From: Candidatus Nealsonbacteria bacterium
GTDB lineage: Bacteria > Patescibacteriota > Minisyncoccia > Minisyncoccales > PWPS01
Direction: 5' to 3'
NCBI GenBank assembly: GCA_003560665.1
Contig: PWKK01000028.1
Span: 1-52,915, forward strand
DNA: 52,915 bases
Part shown: one piece after another, positions 40,136 through 49,837 of the stretch
Layout: every line of letters starts with the position of its first letter
How positions within the stretch are numbered: the first letter of the stretch is position 1
Program-made: the position numbers and the translations under genes
The notes under the pieces: generated by a model
Databases searched by the model: none
What the model saw: the letters and a program-made list of their open reading frames with translations, nothing else
Told to the model about the DNA's origin: nothing

Positions 40136-40729
40136 ATGTCTAAACAAAGCAGTTCGCTGGATGATGGTAGTCTTAACATCGCCTTCTTTTCAGTCTTGAT
40201 TGTTTCTCTCTCTCTTCTCTTTATTTTTTCTGAGGGAGAGGCACTGCCAAAAGAAGGCGAGAAAGAATTATCTATCTTAGCTCCAATAGAAAGCGAATTA
40301 AAAGAAGATGCAGAAAGCGAAGAGATAGCTCTTTACAACGAAAATACACTACTTACAAAATCGCCCCCGGTATATCACAAGCCGCAAGTTTTATCGGTGA
40401 AAGAAGAAGAGAAAGAAGAAACAAAGAAAATTTGGGTGCGGTTAACCGCCTACGCGCCTCTTGATCCCAACGCTACAGAAGGCATGTGTTTCTCTGGAGA
40501 TCCGAGAATAACCGCCTCTGGTTCTAATGCAAGAGAAGGTATTGTTGCGGCAAACTTTCTGCCGTTCGGAACGGAAATAAGAATTCCTTCACTCTACGGT
40601 AAAAAAGTTTTTGTTGTTGAAGACAGGATGGGCGCCAGCTTTGTCAATACTGTTGACATTCTGGTTTCTTCCAGGCAAGAGGCGTTCAATTTTGGAAGCC
40701 AAAAGGCTTTCATCGAGATTATCAATTAA
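40136..40729 (+). CDS. membrane-anchored 3D (Asp-Asp-Asp) domain protein, putative cell-wall lytic enzyme
   Basis: N-terminal TM; LTAY, ITASG, IVAANFLPFGTEIRIP, VEDRMG, VDI. Confidence 0.88.
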   Translation: MSKQSSSLDDGSLNIAFFSVLIVSLSLLFIFSEGEALPKEGEKELSILAPIESELKEDAESEEIALYNENTLLTKSPPVYHKPQVLSVKEEEKEETKKIWVRLTAYAPLDPNATEGMCFSGDPRITASGSNAREGIVAANFLPFGTEIRIPSLYGKKVFVVEDRMGASFVNTVDILVSSRQEAFNFGSQKAFIEIIN

Positions 40730-40747
40730 GAGAAGAATCATCGCTAC

Positions 40748-40780
40748 AAAAAAAACAGGGATTAAATCCCTGTTTTTTTT
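40748..40780. terminator. bidirectional intrinsic terminator
   Basis: A8-CAGGGAT-TAA-ATCCCTG-T8 between convergent units. Confidence 0.8.
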
Positions 40781-40819
40781 ATAGGCTATCTTTTCCTCTT
40801 CGCTTTCACAATCTAAATG

Positions 40820-40903
40820 TGCCGGGGGTGGGACTCGAACCCACACGCCCTTTCGGGCAGGAAGTTTTAAGCCTCCAATGTCTACCTGTTCCATCACCCC
40901 GGC
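40820..40903 (-). tRNA. tRNA-Leu(TAA)
   Basis: Acceptor GCCGGGG/CCCCGGC; loop CT-TAA-AA; long variable arm. Confidence 0.93.
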
Positions 40904-40933
40904 TTTGATGCAAAATCATGGCCCTCTCTTGTG

Positions 40934-41005
40934 AGGCCACGGGGAGAATCGAACTCCCGAATAGAGGTTTTGCAGACCTCCGCCTTACCACTTGGCTACG
41001 TGGCC
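40934..41005 (-). tRNA. tRNA-Cys(GCA)
   Basis: Acceptor GGCCACG/CGTGGCC + U73; loop CT-GCA-AA. Confidence 0.94.
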
Positions 41006-41015
41006 ATAACTTCTT

Positions 41016-42506
41016 TTACAGTTTTCTTTTTACTTTCTCTTCTTTATAAGGAACGAGAACATCTCCTTCTTCCACCCTTTCCTTGCTCTCTAGAAGCATT
41101 CCAAACTCTTCGTTTTCCAAAATCCTTTCGACGTCTTTTTCTTCTTTTTTGATGTTTATTAATTTCCCTTCTGTAATTTTTTCTTTTCCTCTCCAAACCT
41201 CAACTTCTCCTCCTTTTTTTACCTCACCTTTTGTCACTCTTCCACCAATTATCTGTCTATTCTTTTGGGTGCGAAAAATAGCAAGAACCTTTACTTTTCC
41301 AATTTCCGTTCTTACTATCTCGTCTCCCAACATCTCTTGAGCACTTTTTCTTACTTCTTCGATAAGCTCATAGATAATATCAAATTCTTTTATATCGACG
41401 CCCTCTCTTAGCGCCGTTTTTTGTGTTCCTTTTTCGGTTTTAGTTCGAAAGGTAAATATTCTTGCATTCATCGTCTTGGAGCACTCTATGTCCGATTCTG
41501 TTACGTTTCCGATTTCCGCTTTCAACACCCTTATCTTCACATCATCTTGAGGAATCTTTTCCAGTGAACTTTCAATCGCCTCAAGAGAGCCTGCCACGTC
41601 AGCCTTAATAATAATGTTGAGTGTTTTCTCGCTCGGGGACGACTCTTTCTCTTCTTTTTTCTCTCCACCCTTTTCTGCAAACTTTTTTGCCTCCTCAAGT
41701 TTTTCGAAAACAAAAAACTCTTCTCCGGCGTCGGGGCATCCTTTCGGCCCTGTAATTCTTACGGGCGTAGATGGTCTCGCCTCATCTACATCTTCTCCGA
41801 GAAAGTTTTCCATCTTTCTCACTTTTCCATAAGACCCTCTTGTTGCAACAGAGTCTCCTTTTTTTAACATCCCACTTTTAACTAAAAAAGTTGCTATTAC
41901 CCCCTTTTTTGCATCTCGTTGGGTTTCAACAACAACTCCGCTAGTACAATCTGCCTTCTTGTCCGTTACTTGTTCTATTTCCGCAAGAAGAAGAATCATC
42001 TCTAAAAGATCTTCAATTCCCTTTTTTTCTTTTGCCGAAACATTTACCGAAGGAACGTTTCCTCCATAAGACTCTACAAACACATCTTCCTTGGAAAGGT
42101 CTTCTTTTACTTTTTCAATATCGATGTTTTTTTTATCTATCTTATTGATCGCTACAAGAAAAGGCATTTCTGCTTCTTTTAAATGATTGATGGCCTCTTT
42201 TGTTTGTTCTTTAATGCTTTCGTCTGCGGCAACAACAAGGATCCCGATGTCAGCAAGTTTTGTCCCTCGCGACCTCATGGCAAAAAAAGCTTCGTGCCCG
42301 GGAGTATCGACAAAAGTAACTTCTTTCCCTTTGTGAGAAGCAACATAAGCTCCGATGTGTTGAGTAATCCCTCCTGCTTCTTTTTCTGTAATTTTTAAAT
42401 CTTTGATCGCCTCAAGAAGAGAGCTTTTTCCGTGATCAACATGTCCTAGTATAACAACAACCGGTGGCCGTGAAACATTCCCCTGTTTTTTTTCTTTATT
42501 TTTCAT
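41016..42506 (-). CDS. infB: translation initiation factor IF-2 (no N-terminal domain)
   Basis: RPPVVVILGHVDHGKSSLL, GITQHIGAY, DTPGHEAF, NKID, IIKADVAGSLEAI. Confidence 0.96.
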   Translation of the reverse strand: MKNKEKKQGNVSRPPVVVILGHVDHGKSSLLEAIKDLKITEKEAGGITQHIGAYVASHKGKEVTFVDTPGHEAFFAMRSRGTKLADIGILVVAADESIKEQTKEAINHLKEAEMPFLVAINKIDKKNIDIEKVKEDLSKEDVFVESYGGNVPSVNVSAKEKKGIEDLLEMILLLAEIEQVTDKKADCTSGVVVETQRDAKKGVIATFLVKSGMLKKGDSVATRGSYGKVRKMENFLGEDVDEARPSTPVRITGPKGCPDAGEEFFVFEKLEEAKKFAEKGGEKKEEKESSPSEKTLNIIIKADVAGSLEAIESSLEKIPQDDVKIRVLKAEIGNVTESDIECSKTMNARIFTFRTKTEKGTQKTALREGVDIKEFDIIYELIEEVRKSAQEMLGDEIVRTEIGKVKVLAIFRTQKNRQIIGGRVTKGEVKKGGEVEVWRGKEKITEGKLINIKKEEKDVERILENEEFGMLLESKERVEEGDVLVPYKEEKVKRKL

Positions 42507-42546
42507 ATAACTTAATTTTGAAAAGTGAAACCTGTATTCTTTTGCT

Positions 42547-42918
42547 TTAGCGTTCAGATTTCAATGCTTCTTTTATCACTTTTTCTTCTTCCTGCGAAAG
42601 AGAATACTCTGACTTTCCATCTTTGATCGGTTTCCCATACACCCTGTTTCCATCTTTTGTATAAAGGCTTGTAACGGCAACTCCATCACCTTTTTTGTCT
42701 AAAAAAGCAACTGAGAAGCTTTGGTTTCCTCCCTCTGTTTGAAACGGATTGAATCTTATCATTCTTACCTTCTGCAGGCAAAGCTCTTGTTCTTTTTTAA
42801 TTCTCACCAACTCTCTTTTTAGTTTTTCGTTCTCACTTTTAACAAGCTCTATCTCCCTGATTACCTCATCGATGTTTTTCGGTATTTTTTCGTTTTTTTT
42901 CTTTTTTAAATTAAACAT
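42547..42918 (-). CDS. DUF4446-family protein
   Basis: Coiled coil followed by IRFNPF...GGNQSFSVAFLD..GDGVAVTSLY...NRVYGKPI..GKSEYSLSQEE. Confidence 0.8.
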   Translation of the reverse strand: MFNLKKKKNEKIPKNIDEVIREIELVKSENEKLKRELVRIKKEQELCLQKVRMIRFNPFQTEGGNQSFSVAFLDKKGDGVAVTSLYTKDGNRVYGKPIKDGKSEYSLSQEEEKVIKEALKSER

Positions 42919-42973
42919 ATCTGTTTTTGAAATAAATCTTTTTCAATGACAGAAAAGCACCCTCATTAAACAG

Positions 42974-43057
42974 CGGAGAGGGTGGGACTCGAACCCACAC
43001 GACCTCTCGGTCACCGATTTTCGAGATCGGCGGAATGGCCAATTATCCGACCTCTCC
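42974..43057 (-). tRNA. tRNA-Ser(CGA)
   Basis: Acceptor GGAGAGG/CCTCTCC + G73; loop CT-CGA-AA; long variable arm. Confidence 0.92.
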
Positions 43058-43108
43058 TCTTTCTTTAGTCTTTTCTTATGGCTCCTCTTCTCACAATTTT
43101 TTTGACGG

Positions 43109-43181
43109 TGGACCGTACCGGGATTGAACCGGTGACCTCCTCCATGCCATGGAGGCGCGCTCCCAGCTGCGCCAACGGCCC
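43109..43181 (-). tRNA. tRNA-Ala(GGC)
   Basis: Acceptor GGGCCGT/ACGGTCC with G3:U70; loop AT-GGC-AT. Confidence 0.93.
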
Positions 43182-43185
43182 CTAA

Positions 43186-43653
43186 TCAAAGAAAACTGCC
43201 GTTCATTATACCACCATCGTCTTCCACTATCAACCTTCTCTTTTTCAGGCTTAAAAAAGAAAAGAAGATTTTTACAGCTTTCTGAGGAATCTTTTCCTCA
43301 ATATTTTCGCTCCACTCTGTGGCAATAATATTTTTCGGCTCCTCAACTATCTTTTCAAAGCCCAAGAGAGCCAGATCCTTTCCCTCTATTCTATATGCAT
43401 CAAAGTGGTAAAAGTTTTTCTCGTCTTCCGCCTTGTATTTTTTGTATATTAAAAATGTTGGGCTGGTCACTTCTTCTTTCACTCCGATTCCCTCTGCAAA
43501 TCCCTTAAGAAAGGTTGTCTTCCCACTTCCTAAATTACCATATAGAGCAAGAAAAAATGTTTCCTTTCTCGAAAGAGCTTTTCTTCCGAACTTTTTCCCT
43601 ATTTTTTTTGTTTCTGCTGGAGAAGCTGTTATGATGTTTTTTTCTTTCTTCAT
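43186..43653 (-). CDS. tsaE: tRNA t6A biosynthesis ATPase
   Basis: LYGNLGSGKTTF, VTSPTF, YHFDAYR, ATEW. Confidence 0.94.
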   Translation of the reverse strand: MKKEKNIITASPAETKKIGKKFGRKALSRKETFFLALYGNLGSGKTTFLKGFAEGIGVKEEVTSPTFLIYKKYKAEDEKNFYHFDAYRIEGKDLALLGFEKIVEEPKNIIATEWSENIEEKIPQKAVKIFFSFLSLKKRRLIVEDDGGIMNGSFL

Positions 43654-43777
43654 TGGTGCTTTATTTGCGCTCTTTTTATCTCTAATCTTTAAATTGACTA
43701 AAAGCTTAAATTAAGGTAAAAATACAATACATTTCTTGCTCGGTTATTCACAATTTTTATATTACATATTACCCTTT

Positions 43778-45085
43778 ATGCTGGAAAATTCCAATAATAT
43801 AATGGGCGAGGTCAGAATTCCTCTTGAAATCATTAAAGATGGAGAAAGAGACCTAAACAACATCCCCGCAATAAATCAAAAAATAAAAGGTTCTTTTGAA
43901 AAAGATATTTCAAAAACTCTAGAGATTATTATGGCCGGTGGTTTGTTTGCCGGATCTTCGGATATTCATATTGAGCCGGAAGAGGAGGGCACAAAAATGA
44001 GAATGAGATTAGATGGCATTCTTCACGATGTAATCACTCTGGAAAAGAATACTGCTCGCCGTCTTACTTCAAGGATTAAATTAATTTCAAAAGTGAAGCT
44101 TAATGTAGAAGACCGGCCTCAAGACGGAAGATTTACCGTTTCTGTCCCTTTCCGAGACGACCCTCTCGAAATCGAGATAAGAATGTCCGCTCTCCCCTCA
44201 GAGCACGGAGAAACTATTGTGTTAAGACTTCTTGATCCGAGAAAATTAATTGTTCTTGAGGATTTAGGCTTAAGAAAAGACCTTTTCCGTATCTTTAAGC
44301 AGGAAATAGAGAAACCAAACGGAATGGTGATTGTTACCGGACCCACCGGTTCGGGTAAGACGACTACACTTTACGCTTTCCTGAAAACCATTAATAAGCC
44401 CGGAGTGAAAATAATTACTATTGAAGATCCGGTAGAGTACCATCTGGGAGGAATATCACAAACCGAGGTAAACCCTGAAAGAGGGTATGACTTTGCAAAC
44501 GGATTAAGGGCTATTGTTCGTCAAGACCCGGATGTAATTCTTGTCGGTGAAATAAGAGACCTTGAAACAACCCAGATAGGCATGCAGGCTGCTCTTACGG
44601 GTCACCTTGTTTTCTCAACACTGCACACAAATGATGCTCCTGGAGCAATATCCCGGCTCACATCTCTAGGAGAGCAGATGGCTAGTATTTCCCCGGCAAT
44701 AAATATGGTTATCGCTCAACGATTAGTACGAACCGTTTGTTCTGCTTGTACAAAGCTGGAACAACCCGATTCTTCTTTGGTTGAAGAAATAAAAAAAGAG
44801 ATGGAAGCGGTTAAAGAAGAAGTCTTTTCCCTTCCCTCCTCTATCAACTTCCCCCAGGTCGTGGGTTGTAAGGAGTGTAGCTTTACGGGCTACAAAGGAA
44901 GGGTGGGAATATTTGAAGCCTTCCTTTTAGATGAAGAGATGGAAGATTTTCTTTCCTCTTCACCCTCTACCGCGGAAATAAGAAAAAAGGCGATCGAAAA
45001 GGGGATGGTCACCATGCGGCAAGATGGGATTATAAAGTTACTGGAAGGAAAAACAACATTAGAAGAAATCAACCGTGTGACATAG
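43778..45085 (+). CDS. PilB/GspE-family assembly ATPase lacking N-terminal N1 domain
   Basis: SDIHIEP, RPQDGRF, GPTGSGKTTTLY, TIEDPVEY, RQDPDVILVGEIRD, STLHTN, Cys4 (CSAC...CKEC); start uncertain (43736/43778/43801). Confidence 0.9.
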   Translation: MLENSNNIMGEVRIPLEIIKDGERDLNNIPAINQKIKGSFEKDISKTLEIIMAGGLFAGSSDIHIEPEEEGTKMRMRLDGILHDVITLEKNTARRLTSRIKLISKVKLNVEDRPQDGRFTVSVPFRDDPLEIEIRMSALPSEHGETIVLRLLDPRKLIVLEDLGLRKDLFRIFKQEIEKPNGMVIVTGPTGSGKTTTLYAFLKTINKPGVKIITIEDPVEYHLGGISQTEVNPERGYDFANGLRAIVRQDPDVILVGEIRDLETTQIGMQAALTGHLVFSTLHTNDAPGAISRLTSLGEQMASISPAINMVIAQRLVRTVCSACTKLEQPDSSLVEEIKKEMEAVKEEVFSLPSSINFPQVVGCKECSFTGYKGRVGIFEAFLLDEEMEDFLSSSPSTAEIRKKAIEKGMVTMRQDGIIKLLEGKTTLEEINRVT

Positions 45086-45093
45086 ATTCCAAT

Positions 45094-46098
45094 ATGAAAA
45101 AAAAGAAAAAAGTTTCGCCTATTTTCACGGAAGAGGATAAAACCTTGGATCTTGCATTGAGACCTCAGTCATTTAAAGATTACATCGGCCAGACAAATAT
45201 CAAAAAAAACATCCGTGTTATTGTGGAAGCGGCAAAGCGAAGAAAAGATCCTTGCATTGAACACCTTTTGTTTTACGGAAACTCGGGACTTGGAAAAACA
45301 ACTCTTTCTTATTTAGTCGCAAAAGAAATGAAAGTGGGAATCCGCACAATAGCGGGTCCGTCGATTAAAAAAAGTGGTGACCTGGCGGCAATTCTTACTA
45401 ATTTAAGAGAGGGAGATGTTCTTTTTATCGATGAAATCCACCGAATGAACAGAACTTGCGAAGAAATAATTTACCCCGCAATGGAAGAGTTCCGCCTAAA
45501 TCTTATCATTGGGAAAGGTCCTATGGCACGAACAATGAACTTAAAAATACCTCGTTTCACCCTTATCGGCGCAACAACGCGTCTCGCCCTTCTTTCTTCT
45601 CCTTTAAGAAGTCGTTTTGGTGCCACTTTTCGACTCGATTCTTATACCACTAAAGAGATTGAGCAGATAATTAAAAGATCTGCCTCTCTCTTGGGGCTGA
45701 GAATGGAGCAAGACTCAATCACAACAATTGCATCCCGTTCTCGCTTCAATCCACGTGTAGCAAACCGTTTGTTAAAAAGAGTGCGCGATTTTTCGGAAGT
45801 AAAAGGAAGCAATGTCATTAAGAAAAAAGAAGCAGAAGAGGCTCTTTCTTTTTTAGACATTGACGAAGCAGGCCTTGAATCCGGCGATAGAAAAATTTTA
45901 CAAGTTCTTCTTTCTCGCTTTAACGGAGGTCCGGCCGGACTTCAATCACTTGCTATCGCGTCCTCGGAAGAAGAAGAAACAATTATTGAAATATACGAAC
46001 CGTACCTTCTACAATCTGGCTTTATTCAAAGAACCCCTCGGGGGAGGGTTGCTACGGAAAAAGCAAGAAAATATATCGACAAAAGAAGAAAAATTTGA
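45094..46098 (+). CDS. ruvB: Holliday junction branch migration helicase RuvB
   Basis: LRPQSFKDYIGQ, GLGKTT, LFIDEIHR, GATT, IYEPYLLQSGFIQRTPRGR. Confidence 0.97.
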   Translation: MKKKKKVSPIFTEEDKTLDLALRPQSFKDYIGQTNIKKNIRVIVEAAKRRKDPCIEHLLFYGNSGLGKTTLSYLVAKEMKVGIRTIAGPSIKKSGDLAAILTNLREGDVLFIDEIHRMNRTCEEIIYPAMEEFRLNLIIGKGPMARTMNLKIPRFTLIGATTRLALLSSPLRSRFGATFRLDSYTTKEIEQIIKRSASLLGLRMEQDSITTIASRSRFNPRVANRLLKRVRDFSEVKGSNVIKKKEAEEALSFLDIDEAGLESGDRKILQVLLSRFNGGPAGLQSLAIASSEEEETIIEIYEPYLLQSGFIQRTPRGRVATEKARKYIDKRRKI

Positions 46099-46117
46099 TT
46101 TTGCTAAAAATTGTCTT

Positions 46118-46786
46118 ATGCGTTTTACTCTTTTTTTTATTTTATTTTTCGTTCCAGCTTTTGTCGATGGGTTGATTATAACTGAAGTTCAGGTTGAGGG
46201 AGAAAAGGCCGATGAGTGTTATATAAAAATCCACAACTCTCTCGATGACGATATCGACATTTCAGGATACAACTTGCGTAAAAAGACTTCCACCGGAACA
46301 GATTCTTCGGTAAGAGTTTTCCCCGAAGGAAGCATTATCGAGAGTAGAAACTATTTTATCTGGGCCAGCTCAAGAGATAAAAATTTTCCCGAAAAAGTAG
46401 AAGCTGATGTTTTTTCTACTCAGTATCTTTCTTATAACAACAGTGTTGCTCTTTTTAACAAGGAAAGAGATTTAATTGATGCTGTTGCCTGGGGGGATGG
46501 AGATAATCAGTACTTCTTGGGAAGGCCCTTAGAAAATCCAGAAAAAGGACAAGTTATAAAAAGGTTGAAAACTAACGGGAATTATAGTATAAAAAAAGAC
46601 AACTCTGTTGATTTTTCTCTTTATCCTCCCCCATCATCTCCGTTGCAAATAGAAGATTTCTATACTGAAAAAGAAGAGAGTGATAGTAAAAATTACTTTT
46701 TTACCTCTTTTTTCCTATCTTTAGTAATGGCAACTATTATTTTATTGTTAAAAAAATGGCAGGACACAGCCACGCAAAAAATGTAA
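46118..46786 (+). CDS. secreted, C-terminally anchored lamin-tail-domain (LTD)-like protein
   Basis: Signal peptide MRFTLFFILFFVPAFVDG, then LIITEV...ECYIKIHN...DISGYNL...IDAVAWG and a C-terminal TM; start moved to ATG 46118 (longer ORF overlaps ruvB). Confidence 0.7.
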   Translation: MRFTLFFILFFVPAFVDGLIITEVQVEGEKADECYIKIHNSLDDDIDISGYNLRKKTSTGTDSSVRVFPEGSIIESRNYFIWASSRDKNFPEKVEADVFSTQYLSYNNSVALFNKERDLIDAVAWGDGDNQYFLGRPLENPEKGQVIKRLKTNGNYSIKKDNSVDFSLYPPPSSPLQIEDFYTEKEESDSKNYFFTSFFLSLVMATIILLLKKWQDTATQKM

Positions 46787-47457
46787 AAAGAAAAAAGGAG
46801 GCAGGAGATAAAAAAAGAGCTGCTGTCTTTTCGAGGATCTCTCGCCTTATTATTTCCGCCGTAAGGGAGGGGGGAAAGGATCCCTCTTCAAATCCTACTC
46901 TACGCACCGCCATGGAAAAAGCAAAAGAGGCGGATATGCCAAAAGAGAATGTTGAGCGAGCCATAAAAAGAGGTGCGGGAGAAGGAGAAGAGGGAGAATT
47001 AAAATCCTTTTTCTTTGAGGCGTATGGTCCGGAAGATGTTGCAATAATCATTGAAGGCTCTACCGACAATAAAAACCGCACTCTCGGAGAAATAAAAGAT
47101 TCATTAAAAAAACACAGCGGAAAGCTTGCTGATCCCGGATCCGTAAAATGGCTTTTTTCACCAAAAGGAGTTATCGAAGTAGAAAAAAAAGAAATTACTG
47201 AAAAAACATCCCTTGAGTTGATTGAAGCGGGGGGAGAAGATATAGATGAAACGAGTGACACCTCTTTTCTTTATACTTCTCCTGATAATCTTGAAAAAAT
47301 AAAAAGATTTCTTTTGGAAAAGAGAATCAAGATTTCTTCTTCTCGTCCGGGGTGGAGAGCAAAAATAACCATCAGCCCGAAAAAAAATCTTTACAAAGCT
47401 TTATTAGAAGAGCTTCGCGGATGTGAGTCCGTAGAAAATATTTATACAAATACATGA
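46756..47457 (+). CDS. yebC: YebC/PmpR-family protein
   Basis: MAGHSHAKNVKRKK, SNPTLR, EAYGP, TDNKNRT, GSVKWLF; precedes ruvC. Confidence 0.93.
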   Translation: MAGHSHAKNVKRKKEAGDKKRAAVFSRISRLIISAVREGGKDPSSNPTLRTAMEKAKEADMPKENVERAIKRGAGEGEEGELKSFFFEAYGPEDVAIIIEGSTDNKNRTLGEIKDSLKKHSGKLADPGSVKWLFSPKGVIEVEKKEITEKTSLELIEAGGEDIDETSDTSFLYTSPDNLEKIKRFLLEKRIKISSSRPGWRAKITISPKKNLYKALLEELRGCESVENIYTNT

Positions 47458-47933
47458 TTGCAATCGGAATAGATCCAGGAACCGCAACTACCGGTTTCGG
47501 AGTTGTTAAAAAGGATGGCAATGATTTCTTTTGTTTAGAATACGGAGTGATAAAAACAGACAAAAAAGACTCTCCCTCTTCTCGTCTTCATACTTTACAC
47601 AAAGCTGTTTCCTTGATAATAAAAAAATACTCCCCCGATTTCTTAGCTGTTGAAAATGTTTATTTTTTCAAAAATTTAAAAACCGCCCTTCCCGTAAGTC
47701 AGGCCAAGGGGGTCGTAATGCTCACTGCGGAAAAGGCTAAAATATCTGTTTACGAGTTCACCCCTTTGGAAGTTAAAATGACAATCACCGGTTATGGTCG
47801 AGCGGAAAAAAAACAAGTTCAAGAAATGATTAAGGTTACTCTTAAATTGAATGAGAAACCAAAATCCAAGGATGCAGCCGACGCCCTCGGAGTGGCAATC
47901 TGCGGCCTCATAAAAAACACTTCTGCTTTCTAA
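47454..47933 (+). CDS. ruvC: crossover junction endodeoxyribonuclease RuvC
   Basis: IGIDPG, LAVE, EFTPLEVK, GYGRAEKKQVQEM, DAADAL. Confidence 0.96.
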   Translation: MIAIGIDPGTATTGFGVVKKDGNDFFCLEYGVIKTDKKDSPSSRLHTLHKAVSLIIKKYSPDFLAVENVYFFKNLKTALPVSQAKGVVMLTAEKAKISVYEFTPLEVKMTITGYGRAEKKQVQEMIKVTLKLNEKPKSKDAADALGVAICGLIKNTSAF

Positions 47934-47962
47934 TTTTAAAAGATTGAGTTAGAATAAGAAAC

Positions 47963-49837
47963 ATGAAAAAGAAAAAGAAAGAAAAAATAAAAAGAATAAT
48001 TATCGGTATTTTTTACGTCTCTGTTATCCTTATCCTTGTAGGGCTCCTTTTTGTTTTTTCTCTCTTTATTTACTTTGCTCGTGATCTTCCTCGACCGGAA
48101 AGATATACCGATCGTCCGATTACCGAACCCACAAAAATATATGACCGGACCGGAGAAAACGTTCTTTATACGATTTATGGGGAGGAAAAAAGAAATATAA
48201 TAAGTTCCGAAAATGTCCCACAACATTTTATCGACGCTCTTTTAGTTGCTGAGGATGCCAATTTTTACGAACATATCGGTATCGACATTCAAGGAATTAT
48301 GAGATCATTTCTCGTTAATTTACAAGCAGGAAGAACTGTTGCTGGGGGATCAACGATATCACAACAGTTCGTCCGCTCCGCACTCCTTACTCCCGAAAGA
48401 GTCATCATGAGAAAGGTAAGAGAAATAATTCTTACTTTAGAGCTGGAAAGAAGATATTCAAAAGATGAAATTCTTGAATTTTACCTCAACCAAATTCCTT
48501 TTGGGTCAAACTCTTATGGAATAGAGTCAGCAGCTCAAACATATTTTAACAAATCTGCAGAAGAGCTATCTCTTGCCGAATCATCAACTCTTGTTTCTCT
48601 TATTCCCGCCCCCAGTTATTTTTCTCCTTACGGCGATAATTTAGAAGAATTAATGAATAGAAAAGATCGTCTTTTAAATAGAATGTTTTCTCTTGGATTA
48701 ATAAACGAAGAAGAGTTAGAAGAGGCAAAAGAAGAAGAGCTATCCTTCCATATTTCTCGAACCTTTCTAAGAGCTCCTCATTTTGTAATGCAAATTAAGA
48801 GTCGTTTAGAAGACCAGTATGGTAGTTCATTTTTAGAAGAAGAAGGGCTTAGTGTTTACACTACTATCGATTTTGAAATGCAAAAAAGGGCTGAAGATTT
48901 AATAAAGGCAAGAGTGGCAAACAACTACCATCACAACGCTTATAACGCAGCAATGGTTGTTATTGATCCTCACACAGGAGAGATTTTAGCTCTTGTGGGC
49001 TCCGCTGATTACTTTAGAGAGCCCCTTCCTGAGGGATGTTCCCCGGGAGTTAACTGTAAATTTGATCCTTTTACAAATGTAACCACCAGAAATAGACAAC
49101 CGGGATCGGCTTTCAAACCCTTTGTTTATGCTACCGCATTTGAAAAGGGTTACCGCCCAGAAGATATAGTTTTAGACGAAATGACAAACTTTGGAACCCC
49201 CCAAAATCCTTATATTCCAAGAAACTACGATGGTTTATTCAGGGGTGAAGTTACTTTAAGAGAAGCACTCGCACAATCATTAAACGTCCCTTCAGTTAAA
49301 GTTTTAAAGGATATGGCCGGACTAAGAGAGAGTGTAGAAAATGCAAGAAAATTCGGCATTAACCTTGCCCACTCCCATGATTTTTACGGACTACCTCTCG
49401 TCTTGGGAGGTGGCGATGTAAAGTTATTAGAAGTAACATCCGCTTACGGTGTTTTTGCAACCGATGGTTATAGAAATAATCCTGTTTCTATTTTGAAAAT
49501 TATAAATAAAGATGGCCAGGTAATAGAAGAAAATAAAAGTACTTCTCGTCGAGTTTTACAACCACAAGTAGCGAAAGATATTACTGATATACTATCAGAT
49601 AACAATGCTCGTGCCCCTGTTTTTGGTTGGAACTCTCCACTTTATTTCCCCAATCACAAAGTTGCGGTGAAAACCGGTAGCACGCAAAATTTTAGAGATG
49701 CGTGGACCGTAGGTTACAGCTCTGATATAGTAGTAGGAGTTTGGGTTGGAAATAATGATAATAGTTCAATGTTTAACGCCCCGGGAGTAACCGTCGCTGC
49801 CCCTCTTTGGAGATCCTTTATTGAAACAACTCTCTAA
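47963..49837 (+). CDS. class A penicillin-binding protein (PBP1A family)
   Basis: N-terminal TM, transglycosylase EDANFYEH, GGSTISQQ, RKVRE; transpeptidase RQPGSAFK, SLN, KTG. Confidence 0.94.
   Translation: MKKKKKEKIKRIIIGIFYVSVILILVGLLFVFSLFIYFARDLPRPERYTDRPITEPTKIYDRTGENVLYTIYGEEKRNIISSENVPQHFIDALLVAEDANFYEHIGIDIQGIMRSFLVNLQAGRTVAGGSTISQQFVRSALLTPERVIMRKVREIILTLELERRYSKDEILEFYLNQIPFGSNSYGIESAAQTYFNKSAEELSLAESSTLVSLIPAPSYFSPYGDNLEELMNRKDRLLNRMFSLGLINEEELEEAKEEELSFHISRTFLRAPHFVMQIKSRLEDQYGSSFLEEEGLSVYTTIDFEMQKRAEDLIKARVANNYHHNAYNAAMVVIDPHTGEILALVGSADYFREPLPEGCSPGVNCKFDPFTNVTTRNRQPGSAFKPFVYATAFEKGYRPEDIVLDEMTNFGTPQNPYIPRNYDGLFRGEVTLREALAQSLNVPSVKVLKDMAGLRESVENARKFGINLAHSHDFYGLPLVLGGGDVKLLEVTSAYGVFATDGYRNNPVSILKIINKDGQVIEENKSTSRRVLQPQVAKDITDILSDNNARAPVFGWNSPLYFPNHKVAVKTGSTQNFRDAWTVGYSSDIVVGVWVGNNDNSSMFNAPGVTVAAPLWRSFIETTL

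Noticed and set aside
45860-46117. N-terminal 86 codons of ORF 45860-46786
   Set aside because: They overlap ruvB out of frame; a signal peptide begins at Met 46118.
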